From a virus (taxonomy: Duplodnaviria > Caudoviricetes): a stretch of DNA of 63,207 nt. This document shows positions 37,677 through 48,900 of this stretch, in pieces. Position numbers and translations under genes: made by a program. The notes beneath the pieces are model-generated. The model searched no databases. It saw only the letters and a list, made by a program, of their open reading frames with translations, and was not told the origin of the DNA. Each line of letters starts with the position of its first letter. The first letter of the stretch is position 1. The stretch spans positions 1-63,207 of IMG/VR virus record IMGVR_UViG_3300035670_000204; one strand, 5' to 3'.

Positions 37677-37852
37677 GATATAGCCACTCCGCTATCGTTC
37701 GTCAGGATGTTGAAAACCACCGCCGAGGTCCACGTCTCGGGGTACAGGTCGTGACTCTGGAGCGTCACCCACGGAGTCACGACGCACGTCTCCACTATCG
37801 GGCTCGCGCACCCTGCCAGAAGGGCGAGACAGGGTATCAGGAGCCAACGCAC
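37661..37852 (-). CDS. Small lipoprotein (o-spanin/Rz1-like)
   Basis: GTG start, signal RWLLIPCLALLAG-C lipobox; overlaps the holin-like ORF in another frame. Confidence 0.6.
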   Translation of the reverse strand: MRWLLIPCLALLAGCASPIVETCVVTPWVTLQSHDLYPETWTSAVVFNILTNDSGVAISCEVY

Positions 37853-38000
37853 TGAAACCCCCCATAATGGCCAAGGCAAGCGCCGTAATGGCAGAAGCCT
37901 GGTCTGGAGTAGCCTCCCATATCCCGAAGGCCCCTAAAACCGCCAAAAGCCCCGCCCATGTACTCCGCTCCCCAAGCCGAGACAGTAAATAATCACGCAT
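37692..38000 (-). CDS. Holin-like 2-TM protein
   Basis: RLGERSTWAGLLAVLGAFG...AITALALAIMGG; directly after the endolysin. Confidence 0.65.
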   Translation of the reverse strand: MRDYLLSRLGERSTWAGLLAVLGAFGIWEATPDQASAITALALAIMGGFSALAPDTLSRPSGRVREPDSGDVRRDSVGDAPESRPVPRDVDLGGGFQHPDER

Positions 38001-38421
38001 CCCCACTCCCCCCATATCGGCCTGTCCGCAACATCGCAGCAACCCGCGCCGCCCGCGCCGGAGTCTGACGCGCCCAGGTAGAATCTAGCGCCTCAGCCGC
38101 CGCTTCAGCATACTGCCCCCGCTCAAGATACGCCAGGGTCTTTTTGAAGCGCAGCACCCCGCCTACACCGAGCTGATAGGCCATGTTGACCAAGGCGTCT
38201 TGCCGAACCGCATCCAACCGATGAAACGCGGGCCAAGCGCTACTCAACGCGGCCTGCTTTTCCTCAGCCATATATTCCATCACCTTAGCGGCAAGGGTCT
38301 TCGACCAACCGCGACACAGTGTCCCGTATCCAATGGTCGGATGGCCCAGCGAATCTTGATACAGGTCCGCCCGGAACCCCTCGTCCGCCATGAGCATATC
38401 CAAAAGCCGCCGAGTGGCCAT
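37993..38421 (-). CDS. Endolysin, GH24/T4-lysozyme type
   Basis: E-x8-D-x5-T catalytic triad (DEGFRADLYQDSLGHPTIGYG), NMAYQLG, WARQTPARA. Confidence 0.95.
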   Translation of the reverse strand: MATRRLLDMLMADEGFRADLYQDSLGHPTIGYGTLCRGWSKTLAAKVMEYMAEEKQAALSSAWPAFHRLDAVRQDALVNMAYQLGVGGVLRFKKTLAYLERGQYAEAAAEALDSTWARQTPARAARVAAMLRTGRYGGSGDA

Positions 38422-38423
38422 AG

Positions 38424-38915
38424 TTACTTCAACCCCAAGAACTTAGATACGGTAAGCGCCTTACTGTGGTCCCAGACTGCATCGGGGACTTGTGCAAGGT
38501 CTCCAGTCACAACATTCTGAACCGACGTGATGGCCTGGGTCAGACTAGACGCCTGCGCCGTAATATGCGTGGTCACACCCGGCCAGGAGTCTATATACGC
38601 AGTGTCTATGTCTATAGGAATTAGATTACCTACGATATTGACATGTATATTGGCCCCCCCATTGAACGGAGTAACCCCCCGCCAGCCCAGGTCATTGCGT
38701 ATAAAAACATACGTCCCTAGTTTTACACCCCCACCTAAGTCTTCCCCGCCCAACACGGAAAAAGCGGGAGGGTATCCCGCCCCCGCCCCAGAAAAGACCC
38801 AGGCTTTCCAGGCGGAATAAAGCTCAACAGTGGTGAAGGTGAAGACACCGTTCACCACTGCTTCATCTCGCCCGACGATGGAGAGCGTCGGACCATCAAA
38901 GATGAACTTATCCAT
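38424..38915 (-). CDS. Structural protein (163 aa)
   Basis: ELYSAWKAW...GGEDL...FIRNDLGWR; shares motifs with the N-terminus of 38916..40268. Confidence 0.75.
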   Translation of the reverse strand: MDKFIFDGPTLSIVGRDEAVVNGVFTFTTVELYSAWKAWVFSGAGAGYPPAFSVLGGEDLGGGVKLGTYVFIRNDLGWRGVTPFNGGANIHVNIVGNLIPIDIDTAYIDSWPGVTTHITAQASSLTQAITSVQNVVTGDLAQVPDAVWDHSKALTVSKFLGLK

Positions 38916-40268
38916 CTACACCGGGTTACTGTAGTTACGTTCCACAGCGGGGGCGAGTAGGACATTGATACCTTGCGCCCGTGTGATATTGAACCCTACC
39001 GAGGCGAACTGCCCACCGCTCAGACCAATTCCAACCAGGGTTACAGCGGCATTTTGCCCCGCAGTCCGACCCCCTTGAACATTCGCGTCATAGGCGAACG
39101 AAAAGTTGATAGGTGACCCGGCGTATGTCCCAGTAATGTCCAAACCGTCTTTGTCCTTCACGATGACCGCGTTGGAGGTTCCGTAATCTCCGGATGGGGT
39201 GGTGTCGAAGAACAGCCAGTATTTGAAGTCCCCTGACCCAGCGTTGGACCCGAACGTAATCGTGCCCGCCGACACGAACGGGTAGCGCCGCAGTGTCCCA
39301 CTAAAATCGTAGAAATCAACACTATTAAGGTAGTTATCATTTAAGTTATCAATGTAGACCCCATTAGAACCTACCAGGGTGTCACCGACAAACGACAGGA
39401 GCGAGGTCGCTACCTTTCCGTTTACGGTACCGGCGCCAGCGTCGATATCAGAATCCTGGCGTAATTGATACTGGATTTTTTCATATATCTGCTGCGTTGT
39501 AGCAGTAGCGTCACTGGTGATGACAATGCGATACGCTTCGTTTATCGTATCACCGTCAACATCGAATAGCTGGTCCGTACCAAAATATTCAACCGTGATG
39601 TTCGTCCAGGGTGTCGTCGTGCTAATAGTCGCGTCAGACGCCGATATCTTCAGGTCAGTGCCGTTAGATAGCGGGAACCGATAGACGATGTAGGTCAGGG
39701 TCGCCGCACCGATTTGACTGTTATTCGAATAGGCGTACGTCTTACCTTGCTCACGGCAGTACAGGTCAAAGTTATCGCCATCGGTGTAGTCAAAATTGCC
39801 GTTTGTGGCGTCACCGTAAATCTGAACCGCTTCGTTTACCGGCCCTTGGTACGTGAAATTGGTCGCAGTAGCCGACCCAAACCGATAATAGGGCTGGTCC
39901 GTTGCCCCTAAAGAGCCCAGAGATACAACGCCCATATAGCGGCGTAAAACAGCACCACCAGCGTTGCGCTCAGTCCAACCCGCAGTACGCAGCAATTTTC
40001 GCGTTGCGTCATTAGCCGGGAGCCATCCATTGATAAATTCAAACTGCTCTGGAGTAATAGCCTCCATAGGGAAAGGGTACTTGATATAGGTCGCATTCGT
40101 CTTCCATTCTTCTTTAAGCCAAGAATATAGGCATTGGCCAGTTACCCCACCTGTCGCGCCTTCATCAGACACGTTACCGGTAGTCAAAATCTGAATTGTC
40201 TTCGCCGTTGTATTTACAACGATGTCGGTTGTATCAACAAGGACATCTGGGTCTACGATTACAGCCAT
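38916..40268 (-). CDS. Structural/tail protein (450 aa)
   Basis: LYSWLKEEW...YPFPM...FEFINGW; ends ERNYSNP. Confidence 0.8.
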   Translation of the reverse strand: MAVIVDPDVLVDTTDIVVNTTAKTIQILTTGNVSDEGATGGVTGQCLYSWLKEEWKTNATYIKYPFPMEAITPEQFEFINGWLPANDATRKLLRTAGWTERNAGGAVLRRYMGVVSLGSLGATDQPYYRFGSATATNFTYQGPVNEAVQIYGDATNGNFDYTDGDNFDLYCREQGKTYAYSNNSQIGAATLTYIVYRFPLSNGTDLKISASDATISTTTPWTNITVEYFGTDQLFDVDGDTINEAYRIVITSDATATTQQIYEKIQYQLRQDSDIDAGAGTVNGKVATSLLSFVGDTLVGSNGVYIDNLNDNYLNSVDFYDFSGTLRRYPFVSAGTITFGSNAGSGDFKYWLFFDTTPSGDYGTSNAVIVKDKDGLDITGTYAGSPINFSFAYDANVQGGRTAGQNAAVTLVGIGLSGGQFASVGFNITRAQGINVLLAPAVERNYSNPV

Positions 40269-40272
40269 CGGA

Positions 40273-40464
40273 TTATTCCTTCACAAGTATCATTTGATAG
40301 TTTGGATTCGAAACTACAATCTCATCCCCAGACGGGTGGGCGAATACCCTATGGATAGGTACAACGTCACCATCAGAAAAAGTTACAACTTGGCCCTCTT
40401 CGACAACGTCCAGCACTTCACCTACATGCTGGCCATCCGTCGTGTGCGAAATTCGATACGGCAT
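40273..40464 (-). CDS. Hypothetical protein (63 aa)
   Basis: AGGA RBS, fills an operon gap. Confidence 0.7.
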   Translation of the reverse strand: MPYRISHTTDGQHVGEVLDVVEEGQVVTFSDGDVVPIHRVFAHPSGDEIVVSNPNYQMILVKE

Positions 40465-40474
40465 GGGGTATATC

Positions 40475-41941
40475 CTAGGTCGGGTTTCTGTAATTTCTAT
40501 CGTACGTTTGCGAAATCGGCAATGAGCTATCAGAGGCAGCTAGGCTATACCCGTTGATTCGCCAATAATTGTATTCTACGTGATGGATAACGATATCGAC
40601 AGGCTGGGCGGACGTGTAGCTGTACGCCGGGTCTACACCGGTCTGCTTCGACTCCACACCGTACAGCTCAGTTATCGTCCCCGCCTCGTAGATACGCACC
40701 TCGGACCCATCCACAACGCCGGTCAGGGTCAAGGTCGCCGCAGATTGAACAGATACCGTACTGCCCGTGTACGTCACGCCAGAAGCCGTTCCACCACCTG
40801 ATACGTTGACCGTGATAGCAGACCCGCTTGTGTTGTTGAGGTCGAACGTATTGCCGGAGAATTTGATACCGACGAAATCTTTACTGCCGGTCGTGTTGAG
40901 CTGGATACCCCGAGAGTTATTGGAAAACGTACAGTTCTGCACTCCATTTCCGTCAGGCCAAAGGAGCGCCCCCGCTGTGTCCGGGCTCCCCGTCACGGTA
41001 TTGCCCGAAAACGACGCGGACCCCACCTGGATTTGATTGCAGCCTTGGAATACACAAGACGACACAGACTGGCCGGTTTTGAATCGAACGGCATCCGCAT
41101 TCACGACTGAGTTACCGGTAAATACCAGGGTATCCAAGGCCGCGTTGTTCAACAGCAGGTCGAACCGCGTAGACGTAGAGGCGGACTTCAGCACAGAACT
41201 GGTCAGCTTCCAGCTCGTGGTACCGGACCCCTGGGGTTCAATCTTGTAGAGGTCTGCATTGACCGGCTGGTCCTCGAAGACTACAAGCTGGTTCGTATCC
41301 TCAAAATATATGTCTGACGCAGACCCGAACACTAAGTTGGAACTTACGAAGTAAACACCGTTCACCTTTTGAACGACGCCGTACCCTGCCGTTTTGTCAG
41401 CCTGTGCAACGGTATCCCAGGTCACAGGGTCCCCAGAGGTGCCACCTGTGATGGTCAAGCCATTGCCATACACAAAGTAATCCCACCAGGTATTGACCGC
41501 GTTTCTGGGTGAGCCCGTAAGCTGGAGCGCAAACCCCAAGCTGGTCACGGCCGTCTTAGTACACGACCCGGAGTCGAACGCTCGGGACGTGTCTACAGTC
41601 AGCAATACCCAACCGCCGCCGTAGGTATCACGGCCCCCTACGTACCAATATCCCGTATTGGTCCCATCGGACATGAACAGCCGAATACCGCCATTGGACT
41701 GCAGGTCCAAAAAGCCGATAGACGCATAGTTGAGCCAAATTCGAAGATGGGTAGCGGAGAGGTTAGTAGAAGAAATCGTGAAGGACTTGGTATTCAGCCC
41801 ATTGGTGCGAAGGGTAGCCGACAGAGAATTGGTACCCTGCTTGACCACCTCCGTATCGAGCGTATTCGTACCCGACCACCCCGTTGTCGCCTCGCAAGTG
41901 GACAGCACTGTGAAGCCTGGGGTAAGGGTCGGGGTCGCCAT
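40475..41941 (-). CDS. Tail protein with beta-helix-like segment (488 aa)
   Basis: F..N/C repeats; ends DRNYRNP. Confidence 0.8.
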   Translation of the reverse strand: MATPTLTPGFTVLSTCEATTGWSGTNTLDTEVVKQGTNSLSATLRTNGLNTKSFTISSTNLSATHLRIWLNYASIGFLDLQSNGGIRLFMSDGTNTGYWYVGGRDTYGGGWVLLTVDTSRAFDSGSCTKTAVTSLGFALQLTGSPRNAVNTWWDYFVYGNGLTITGGTSGDPVTWDTVAQADKTAGYGVVQKVNGVYFVSSNLVFGSASDIYFEDTNQLVVFEDQPVNADLYKIEPQGSGTTSWKLTSSVLKSASTSTRFDLLLNNAALDTLVFTGNSVVNADAVRFKTGQSVSSCVFQGCNQIQVGSASFSGNTVTGSPDTAGALLWPDGNGVQNCTFSNNSRGIQLNTTGSKDFVGIKFSGNTFDLNNTSGSAITVNVSGGGTASGVTYTGSTVSVQSAATLTLTGVVDGSEVRIYEAGTITELYGVESKQTGVDPAYSYTSAQPVDIVIHHVEYNYWRINGYSLAASDSSLPISQTYDRNYRNPT

Positions 41942-42360
41942 TAGCTATATTCCAAGGAAAGCCTATCGGTCCATCGGTGGATAAAGGAAGAAACGCCGCC
42001 CGCCCACAATACCACAGTGGAGGTATCTGGAAATATCTCAATCCGTTGGATACGCCAGACGGGGTCCGCGTCCACAGAACTGGGAGCTGCGAACCCCCGA
42101 TACACCAGGGTATCCCCCACGAAATCTGCCCGCTCCGCATACACAGAGGGCGCACTTTCCCCCGACAGAACCCCGGCCAGGGCCGCATCTACGATAGGTA
42201 CGATATACGGGGTATCTTGGGCCACCAGGGAGGGGGCTTCATGGTCGATGCACCACAGTGCATCCGATTCGACAAACGTGGCCTTGGTCTCCGGCTCAAC
42301 AACCAACATCGCCGTATCACGCAGAAATACAACATGCGTTGGGTTATCGTCGAGAATCAC
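41941..42360 (-). CDS. Structural protein (139 aa)
   Basis: Y.G.A......VWRI...W.DR.SL.Y motif; translationally coupled on both sides. Confidence 0.75.
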   Translation of the reverse strand: MILDDNPTHVVFLRDTAMLVVEPETKATFVESDALWCIDHEAPSLVAQDTPYIVPIVDAALAGVLSGESAPSVYAERADFVGDTLVYRGFAAPSSVDADPVWRIQRIEIFPDTSTVVLWAGGVSSFIHRWTDRLSLEYS

Positions 42361-42980
42361 GGAGTCGTAACCTCACGCTCGACCAAGATAGTTCCACTGG
42401 ACAGCTCAGTGACCGTACCGGTCAGCTCCATCTCCAGGTCGTACACCCCACGCTGCCACGTCATAGCCGCCGTATCAGCGGCGGAGATAACCACCGTGAC
42501 CGTAGAAGCCGCTGGGTCAAGTAGGATTCCGCTTTCGTTGGGACCCAGGGTTCCGCCTGCAGGTACCGTAAGGGTAAGCAAGGCGGGTCCCCCAAGCCGA
42601 GACCGAATAGTCATTCGCGCCGTATACCCCGTGAGGTCTACCGGCGTGTAATACTGGACGTACCCACCCGAGACATAAGGCTTGAAGTCCGACGCATTGA
42701 TAGAATTTATAGACAGGGTCGTGGGGTTTACCACGGTGACCTTCTTGTAGTCCGACTTCAGCCGGGGAGGGGTACTGGCGTTTATCTCCACCATACCCCG
42801 AACCGACACAATAGCCGCCGACCATCCATCCGGGAGTTCATGGTTTTGGGCGCATGTAATGACAACAGGGGCCGTATTGGTTATGGCCGATATCGGAATA
42901 TACCGAATAGGCTCAGCCCCCCAGCGTAAAACCCTGGAGAACGTCTTGCCCTGCTTCAGCGTAAAGTCTCTAGCCTCCAT
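42357..42980 (-). CDS. Tail fibre adaptor-like protein
   Basis: PVDLTGYTARMTIR...GVYDLE motif with an inserted ISAITNTAPVVIT domain; ATG 42980 after GGAG. Confidence 0.75.
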   Translation of the reverse strand: MEARDFTLKQGKTFSRVLRWGAEPIRYIPISAITNTAPVVITCAQNHELPDGWSAAIVSVRGMVEINASTPPRLKSDYKKVTVVNPTTLSINSINASDFKPYVSGGYVQYYTPVDLTGYTARMTIRSRLGGPALLTLTVPAGGTLGPNESGILLDPAASTVTVVISAADTAAMTWQRGVYDLEMELTGTVTELSSGTILVEREVTTP

Positions 42981-45900
42981 AACCACTCCAGTTGTACACG
43001 ACATCGGGCATTTCGGACGGGGACGCTTGGATGCCCCCAGTATACCGCGCTACAGCCCGTTCCCGCGCACGGGCGACCAGAGACCGATACACGGACCCGG
43101 CAATATCGCGGTTCTGAAGCGGGTACTTCTGTGCAAACTTAATATAGTCGGCCAAATCGTTGTTGTATGCTTCCGACCACTGGGTACCGCGCTCAAAATG
43201 CCGAACAATCTTGTCTCGGTAGTGCTTTCCGCGCTCCATAATGAACCGAGCCCGGTCGGAATACGCCAAATTCTGCCGCTTCACGTCGGCCAAGCGAGCC
43301 GGGGTATACCCTAGCATCTGCAAAATAATCTCGCTCCACGTCGGGTCGCCAATCATGTACGGGTTTTGCTTGGAGTTCACGAACCCCAGGTCGGCCAGCT
43401 TGTAGGCCCGATACGCCCCCGCCAGGGCACTGGGTAGCCCCTGCTCAAACGCCCCGATGAAATCCCCATGGGCGGCCATGGACGCGGAGGATATCAGGCG
43501 AGAGGCGACACCCAGACCAGGGCCAAGTACCCGGTCCCATGAAAACGAGTTTTCCACGCGCATAGGGCCAGTAATCAGCCCAGTCCCAGGTACCAGAGAC
43601 CCCCACCCCAGGCGTTCGGATACGCTGAGGTTGAAGATGCCCTCGGGGATGCCTTTCGCAAACGTACGTCCAGCCGTATCGCCAATAGCCTTGCCCAGCT
43701 CTTCCCCGACCATCGCGCCTAACACGTCACCGAACAGGGTCCGCGCCCACGTCAACAAGGCCAGGTCTGCGATGAAAGGCGGGTCATCGTCGTCCGCAAC
43801 AAAAACGGAATTTATCACCTGAGCAAGCCCCATCATGACTCCAGCAAAGGGGAGCCCTGCAGCCCCGGCCACCATTGCGGAGTTCGCCCATAACACACGA
43901 AGGGCGACCTTCGCACCAAGGCGCTCTTCCGGCGTCGTGAGGCTGCTGAACTTCTGCCGAACCAGCCGCATGTGCAGCTCCATAGATTGGAACGCATACG
44001 ACTGGAAGGCCATTATCACAGGGGTAACCGACCGTAGGAACCCAGTGTTTCCGAAGGCCCGAGCGGCATTTTGCGCGGTGTAGTTGTATTGCGTCCCGTC
44101 TACCGCGTCGATAGCAAACTTATACGCCTGGTCAACTTTGGCATTAGGGGTTATCTGCTTATATATCTCATAAGCGGCAATGGCCGTTGTAAGCCGGTTC
44201 TGAAGCTCAGAAATATGGCTGCCTATGCTAATGAACTTAGACACGGTCGCCATGTACGAGTTTCGACCCTTAGACATACGGTTGATTTCATGGGTCAGCG
44301 AAAAATCTAACCGCCCCGCGTCTTCAACGTACTGCAGTAAGTCTCTAAATTCCTGCGGCAGGGAGCTAAGGTCTACCAATCGGTCTATCCGTCTAGGCTT
44401 ACTGGAGTCTGGCTTGTACGTTTTTACAATAACAGAGCTGGCCATCCTCCAGGCTTTGGTGAGGCTCTTGGCTGCCTTCACCGCGCTCGCCGTGGCTCCA
44501 CCCTTTGTGTTGGTGGCGATATGCCCAGCCAGCCAGGCCGTCGTAATATGGAACGGCTGCAGAAGGTTGTTGAGCAAGTAGCTCGGGTTCATAGCAAGAA
44601 GCCAGTTGAACCCGAGAGAGCGAACGGTATCCATAACCAAGTTATCGTCTGCCGTGAACGACTCAGAGAACCGAGTTACGAATTCAATGTACGTTTCAGC
44701 AGCGAACCGATGGGCATCCTGAAGGTCAGGCGTACGGCCAGACCGAAGCACCTCTATAGCCGCCCGACCGTCCCGTAAGCCCTGCTCCATGACGGGCATC
44801 GCCCAGATATTACTGAGCGTAGCCGTAGCGTGTTCAATATGCTCGCTGAACGACCGAATGTAGTCAGTAGAGTACCCTGGAATCCCCCCATTGATACGCG
44901 AGATGAAGTCCTTGGAAGGGGAGGCTTCAGGCAGCAAGTCCAGGAACGTATTGTACAGGTTGGATTGAACCAGGGAGACAATAGACTGAGGGACCCCGGC
45001 CAGAATGTCGCTCATCCGGTCATTCAGGTCACGTATGATTTGCGCAGACCCAAGGTTCTTTATTGCCGTCGCGTCATCCAGAGTCCGACCGGTCTTCAGC
45101 GTCCCCGTATCAACCAGGCTTGCATCCGAGACCTCTTTGGCGAAATCCTGCATCGCTTTCTCAGATATGAACCGAAGCGCTACCGCCGTAGACTTGTCAT
45201 TCTCGTAGCTGACGCTGTGAACCGAGGCCCCATACTTACCGGCGACCAACTCTAATTGGAGATGCTTTTGGCTCCGCGAACCTGTGTTAGGCACAGTCGG
45301 CATACGGAACGTCGCCACCCAATTCCCATGCCGGGTTAGATGATTGAACGTATGGTCCCGTATGGTGTCGATGCGGTTGACAAACGTAGGAATGCTGTCC
45401 ATCAAAGACTTGACCCGCACACTCTTGGGCGGGGCAAAGGCCAAAGCCCCCGGCAGCGCGTTCAAAACGTCTCGAATCGTCTGCTCGGCAACATGCCCTT
45501 CTGCGTCGAAGTGCCCATTGGTCGTGCCAGGGGTGAGGGTAAACGTCGTGGCCTGAGCCGCCTTGCGAATACCCTTGATAGGGTCCAACTGCCGTCGAAG
45601 CGCAGCAACAGGGCCTGCCATGGCTTGAACCGTTGGGTCCTTGCTCGACTTCAGCGCCCGCTCTGCATCCTTTATCAGGCGATGGAGCCGCCCGGCAAGC
45701 TGGAGCGTCATGAGTTTTCGGCTATAGCGGATATTGTTCTCTATCGCCGTGCGGGCCGGTGCAGGCAAGGCTTTGAACCGGGCAACGATATCATCAAATA
45801 CCGCCTCGTCTTCCTGCGTGTTTCGGAGGATGGTAGCCCGATTCTGTAGATTCTCAGCGAATGTCTTAGTGTAATCTATGTTGTACCGAGTAATCTCTCC

Positions 45901-48900
45901 GGCAATCAGACCCGTTTCATGCTCCGCCGCCGCCCGCTTATCTCGGGGTAGGCTCTTTATATAATTCTCAAAGGGGCGCAAAAGCTCGTCATACGCTTCA
46001 CGCCGGTACATCTGCATAATACGGGTCTTATCATTCGTGCCACGTAAATACAACCCAAGCGCTTTTGAGAAGTCAGCCAGGCGGGAGTTATAGGTCGTAT
46101 TCTTATATAGATGATACAATGTGGAGGCGTACCGTATGCCCTCTCTGAGCTTACTCGCCACAAAGGTCTGGGACAGCGAGCGCGGGTGAAGGCTATTCAT
46201 CGCTTGCGCGACAGTGAAATGCCGCACTGAAGTGTCTACGTTGTGCCCGTACCGCTGATATAGCGCAAGAAGATTATTAACAAACTTATCATCTATACCA
46301 AGGCTATTCATAATGTTAGCATCGGTATCAGAAAGCCACGCTTGAATGGTGTTGCGAATTTTAACTAGAAAGTCCGTTATGGTGTCACTCTTGACTTTGA
46401 TATCCCCAGACAGAATGTTAGCCAACAGCTCAGAGACCTGATTGGTCTCCTTAGCAGATAGCTTCTCATCACCGTCTAAGGCGCTGACAATATCCTTGAC
46501 ATGCGCCCCATCTATAACCTTACGGGAAGTCTTATAGGGGGCTAATAGCTCAGCAAGTTGTTTTCGCTTAGCACTAGCCACCGCGATGATACCGGCCACT
46601 GCACCATGCGCGATTTCATGCGCAAGGATATGGGCTAACTCTTCTGCGGTTGGCGGTTTCCCATCAGCAAAATAGAGGACAAGCGTTTTCGTCGTATCAA
46701 TATAATCCCCGGTCGGGGCCTTCAGCCCTTGAATAGATTGAACCTGTATAGTTATATCCTTCACTTTCGGGAATAGGTCAGCTATATGCCTAATGATACG
46801 AAAATACGCTTTGGTGGCCGCGCTCGCCTTCTTAGACTGCGTGTCCAACGCACCAAGCACATCCGATACCGTATCACTTTCCGCTACAGCCTTGGCCAAA
46901 GTCCCTGCGGGGAGGCCCTTAACCCGGACGGGTGCCCCACCGATACGAGAGCCAAACGTCGGGGATGGCTCTTCGACGGTCTCTGCCGTCTCTTCAGGAG
47001 GCTTGTCTCCTAATGGCTCATCCTGCGGCTCATTCAACCACTCATCCTGCACCTCAGCAAGCAGCCCTTCAAAAGACTGGTCAGCGGGCTTAGCGGCGGG
47101 CTTAGCGGCGGGCTTAGCGGCGGGCTTGGCTGGCTTGGCTGGCTTGGCTGGCTTGGCTGGCTTGGCTGGCTTGGCTGGCTTGGCTGGCTTGGCTGGCTTG
47201 GCTGGCTCCGCTGCGGGGGTAGTCTGAGCCTTGAGTGCATCATGGACTCGTGCCCCTTTAGCGGCCTTATAGTCCAGCGCCACCGTAATCTTGGAAACAA
47301 GGTCATCTATCGCCTTTACCTCACTCGGGCGATGCTCAGTACCACCTATAGCCGCATCCAAAGCCGCGTACTGTTCGGACGCTAATAGGTCATGCTTGAA
47401 TTTTACAAACTCACGGAACGCCTTTATATATGAAAGCGCGTTATACTGGTCCTCGGTTAGATTCGACGCCGTAGCTTCGAGGGTGTCTAACAACGTAGCG
47501 TTATATAGCTTGTTTATAGCCTGTTTTATTAGACCTATATCATTAGACGCTTGCTTTATGCCAAGCCTATCTTTTAGCGCGGCGAACAGCCTTTCTTTGT
47601 ATATAACTCTAAGTTTAGCCTGAACAGACCGTATTTCCTTATCTATCTGGTCAAGAGAACGCGGAGTTTTATATTCGGCGTCTTTGATAACCTGTAGCTT
47701 ATCTAATATCTCCTTAATCTCTACTGGAATCTTAGCGTCACGGAAGATAGGCTTTATACTATCGAACAAACGCCCAATAGCAGTCTTCTGTTCTACGCGC
47801 ACAGGTTTTATCTTAGCTTCCAGCGCTTTCGCCTGCGCAGCAGCCCGCTCAGCAGCTTTAGCTTCCTGAGCCGCCTTTTGCTCAGCAGCCAGTTCTTCCT
47901 TAGTCTTCTTAGGCTTTGGAGGTGGCTTCTTAGCAGCGGCGGCAGCCTTCTTAGCAGCAGCGGCAGCAGCCTTCGTAGCGGTGGCCTCCCCCGCCCACGC
48001 TTCTATCTTTGTATCAAAGTCATCAAAAATTGCGGCAACATCATCGAACCCGAAGATAGGGTCTGAACCCGTCGCGCTATTCGCCCTCCATTCCTCAATA
48101 GAGGTCAACATGGCGTCTAGCGCTTTAATACGGTCTGGTTTATCTAAGTTCGCCAGACGGAGCGCACGGACACGCGAAGCAATCTTATTTATAGCCGCCC
48201 GCGTACTAGCATAGAAGGTCTTTATATCCGGTATATCCGGGGTCCGGTTCGGGTGCGCAGTTAAAAGCGCCTGCGCCGCATTCGGATTACTCTTGGTATT
48301 TAAGACTCGGTTTGCTACATCTATGAAAGACTGGGAAGCAAGCTCGTTAGTGGCGGCAGTACCCCAGGTTGTTTTTGGTTTGCCGCGTCTCTTACCGGTT
48401 GTTGTCTTGGGTCCTGAGTTAGAAACGGGGACATTTGTGGTACCGCCCTGGCCTCTTGCGGGTCTAACGTAACCTCGGAAGAGGGACGAACGGCGACTTT
48501 GGGGGGCTGTTGGAACTGCGGTACCGGGAGTGGCATTCCCACTCCTTGTGGCCCCATGCCTTGTGAGATTGATTTCGTTACGTCGGGTTCCGCCATATAG
48601 AGCCTCCACCAGGGGTGAGAGTTGCGTGAGTGTATCAGTAGGTGCGTTCGGAATCGTATCGGCAAGGTCCGCGATGTCCACTGTCCCAAATCGAGGGGCA
48701 AGCGTACCCACGGCGGCAGACACAGCCTCCGGGGCAACATTCGGGGCAAGCAATGGGTTGGATACTTGCTGAATAGACCCTGTGGCGGCCTGTGCGGCGT
48801 CCATAGCGCTGGGGCGCAAAGCGGCCAAAGTCTTCATGACTTCGCCTTGCTGCGCTGGATTAAGGCCGGATACGGCCTGGGTGATTGCGTAATCATACGC

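Noticed and set aside
47086-47203. CRISPR-like array
   Set aside because: Spacer-less, in-frame tandem repeats encoding a PAK linker.
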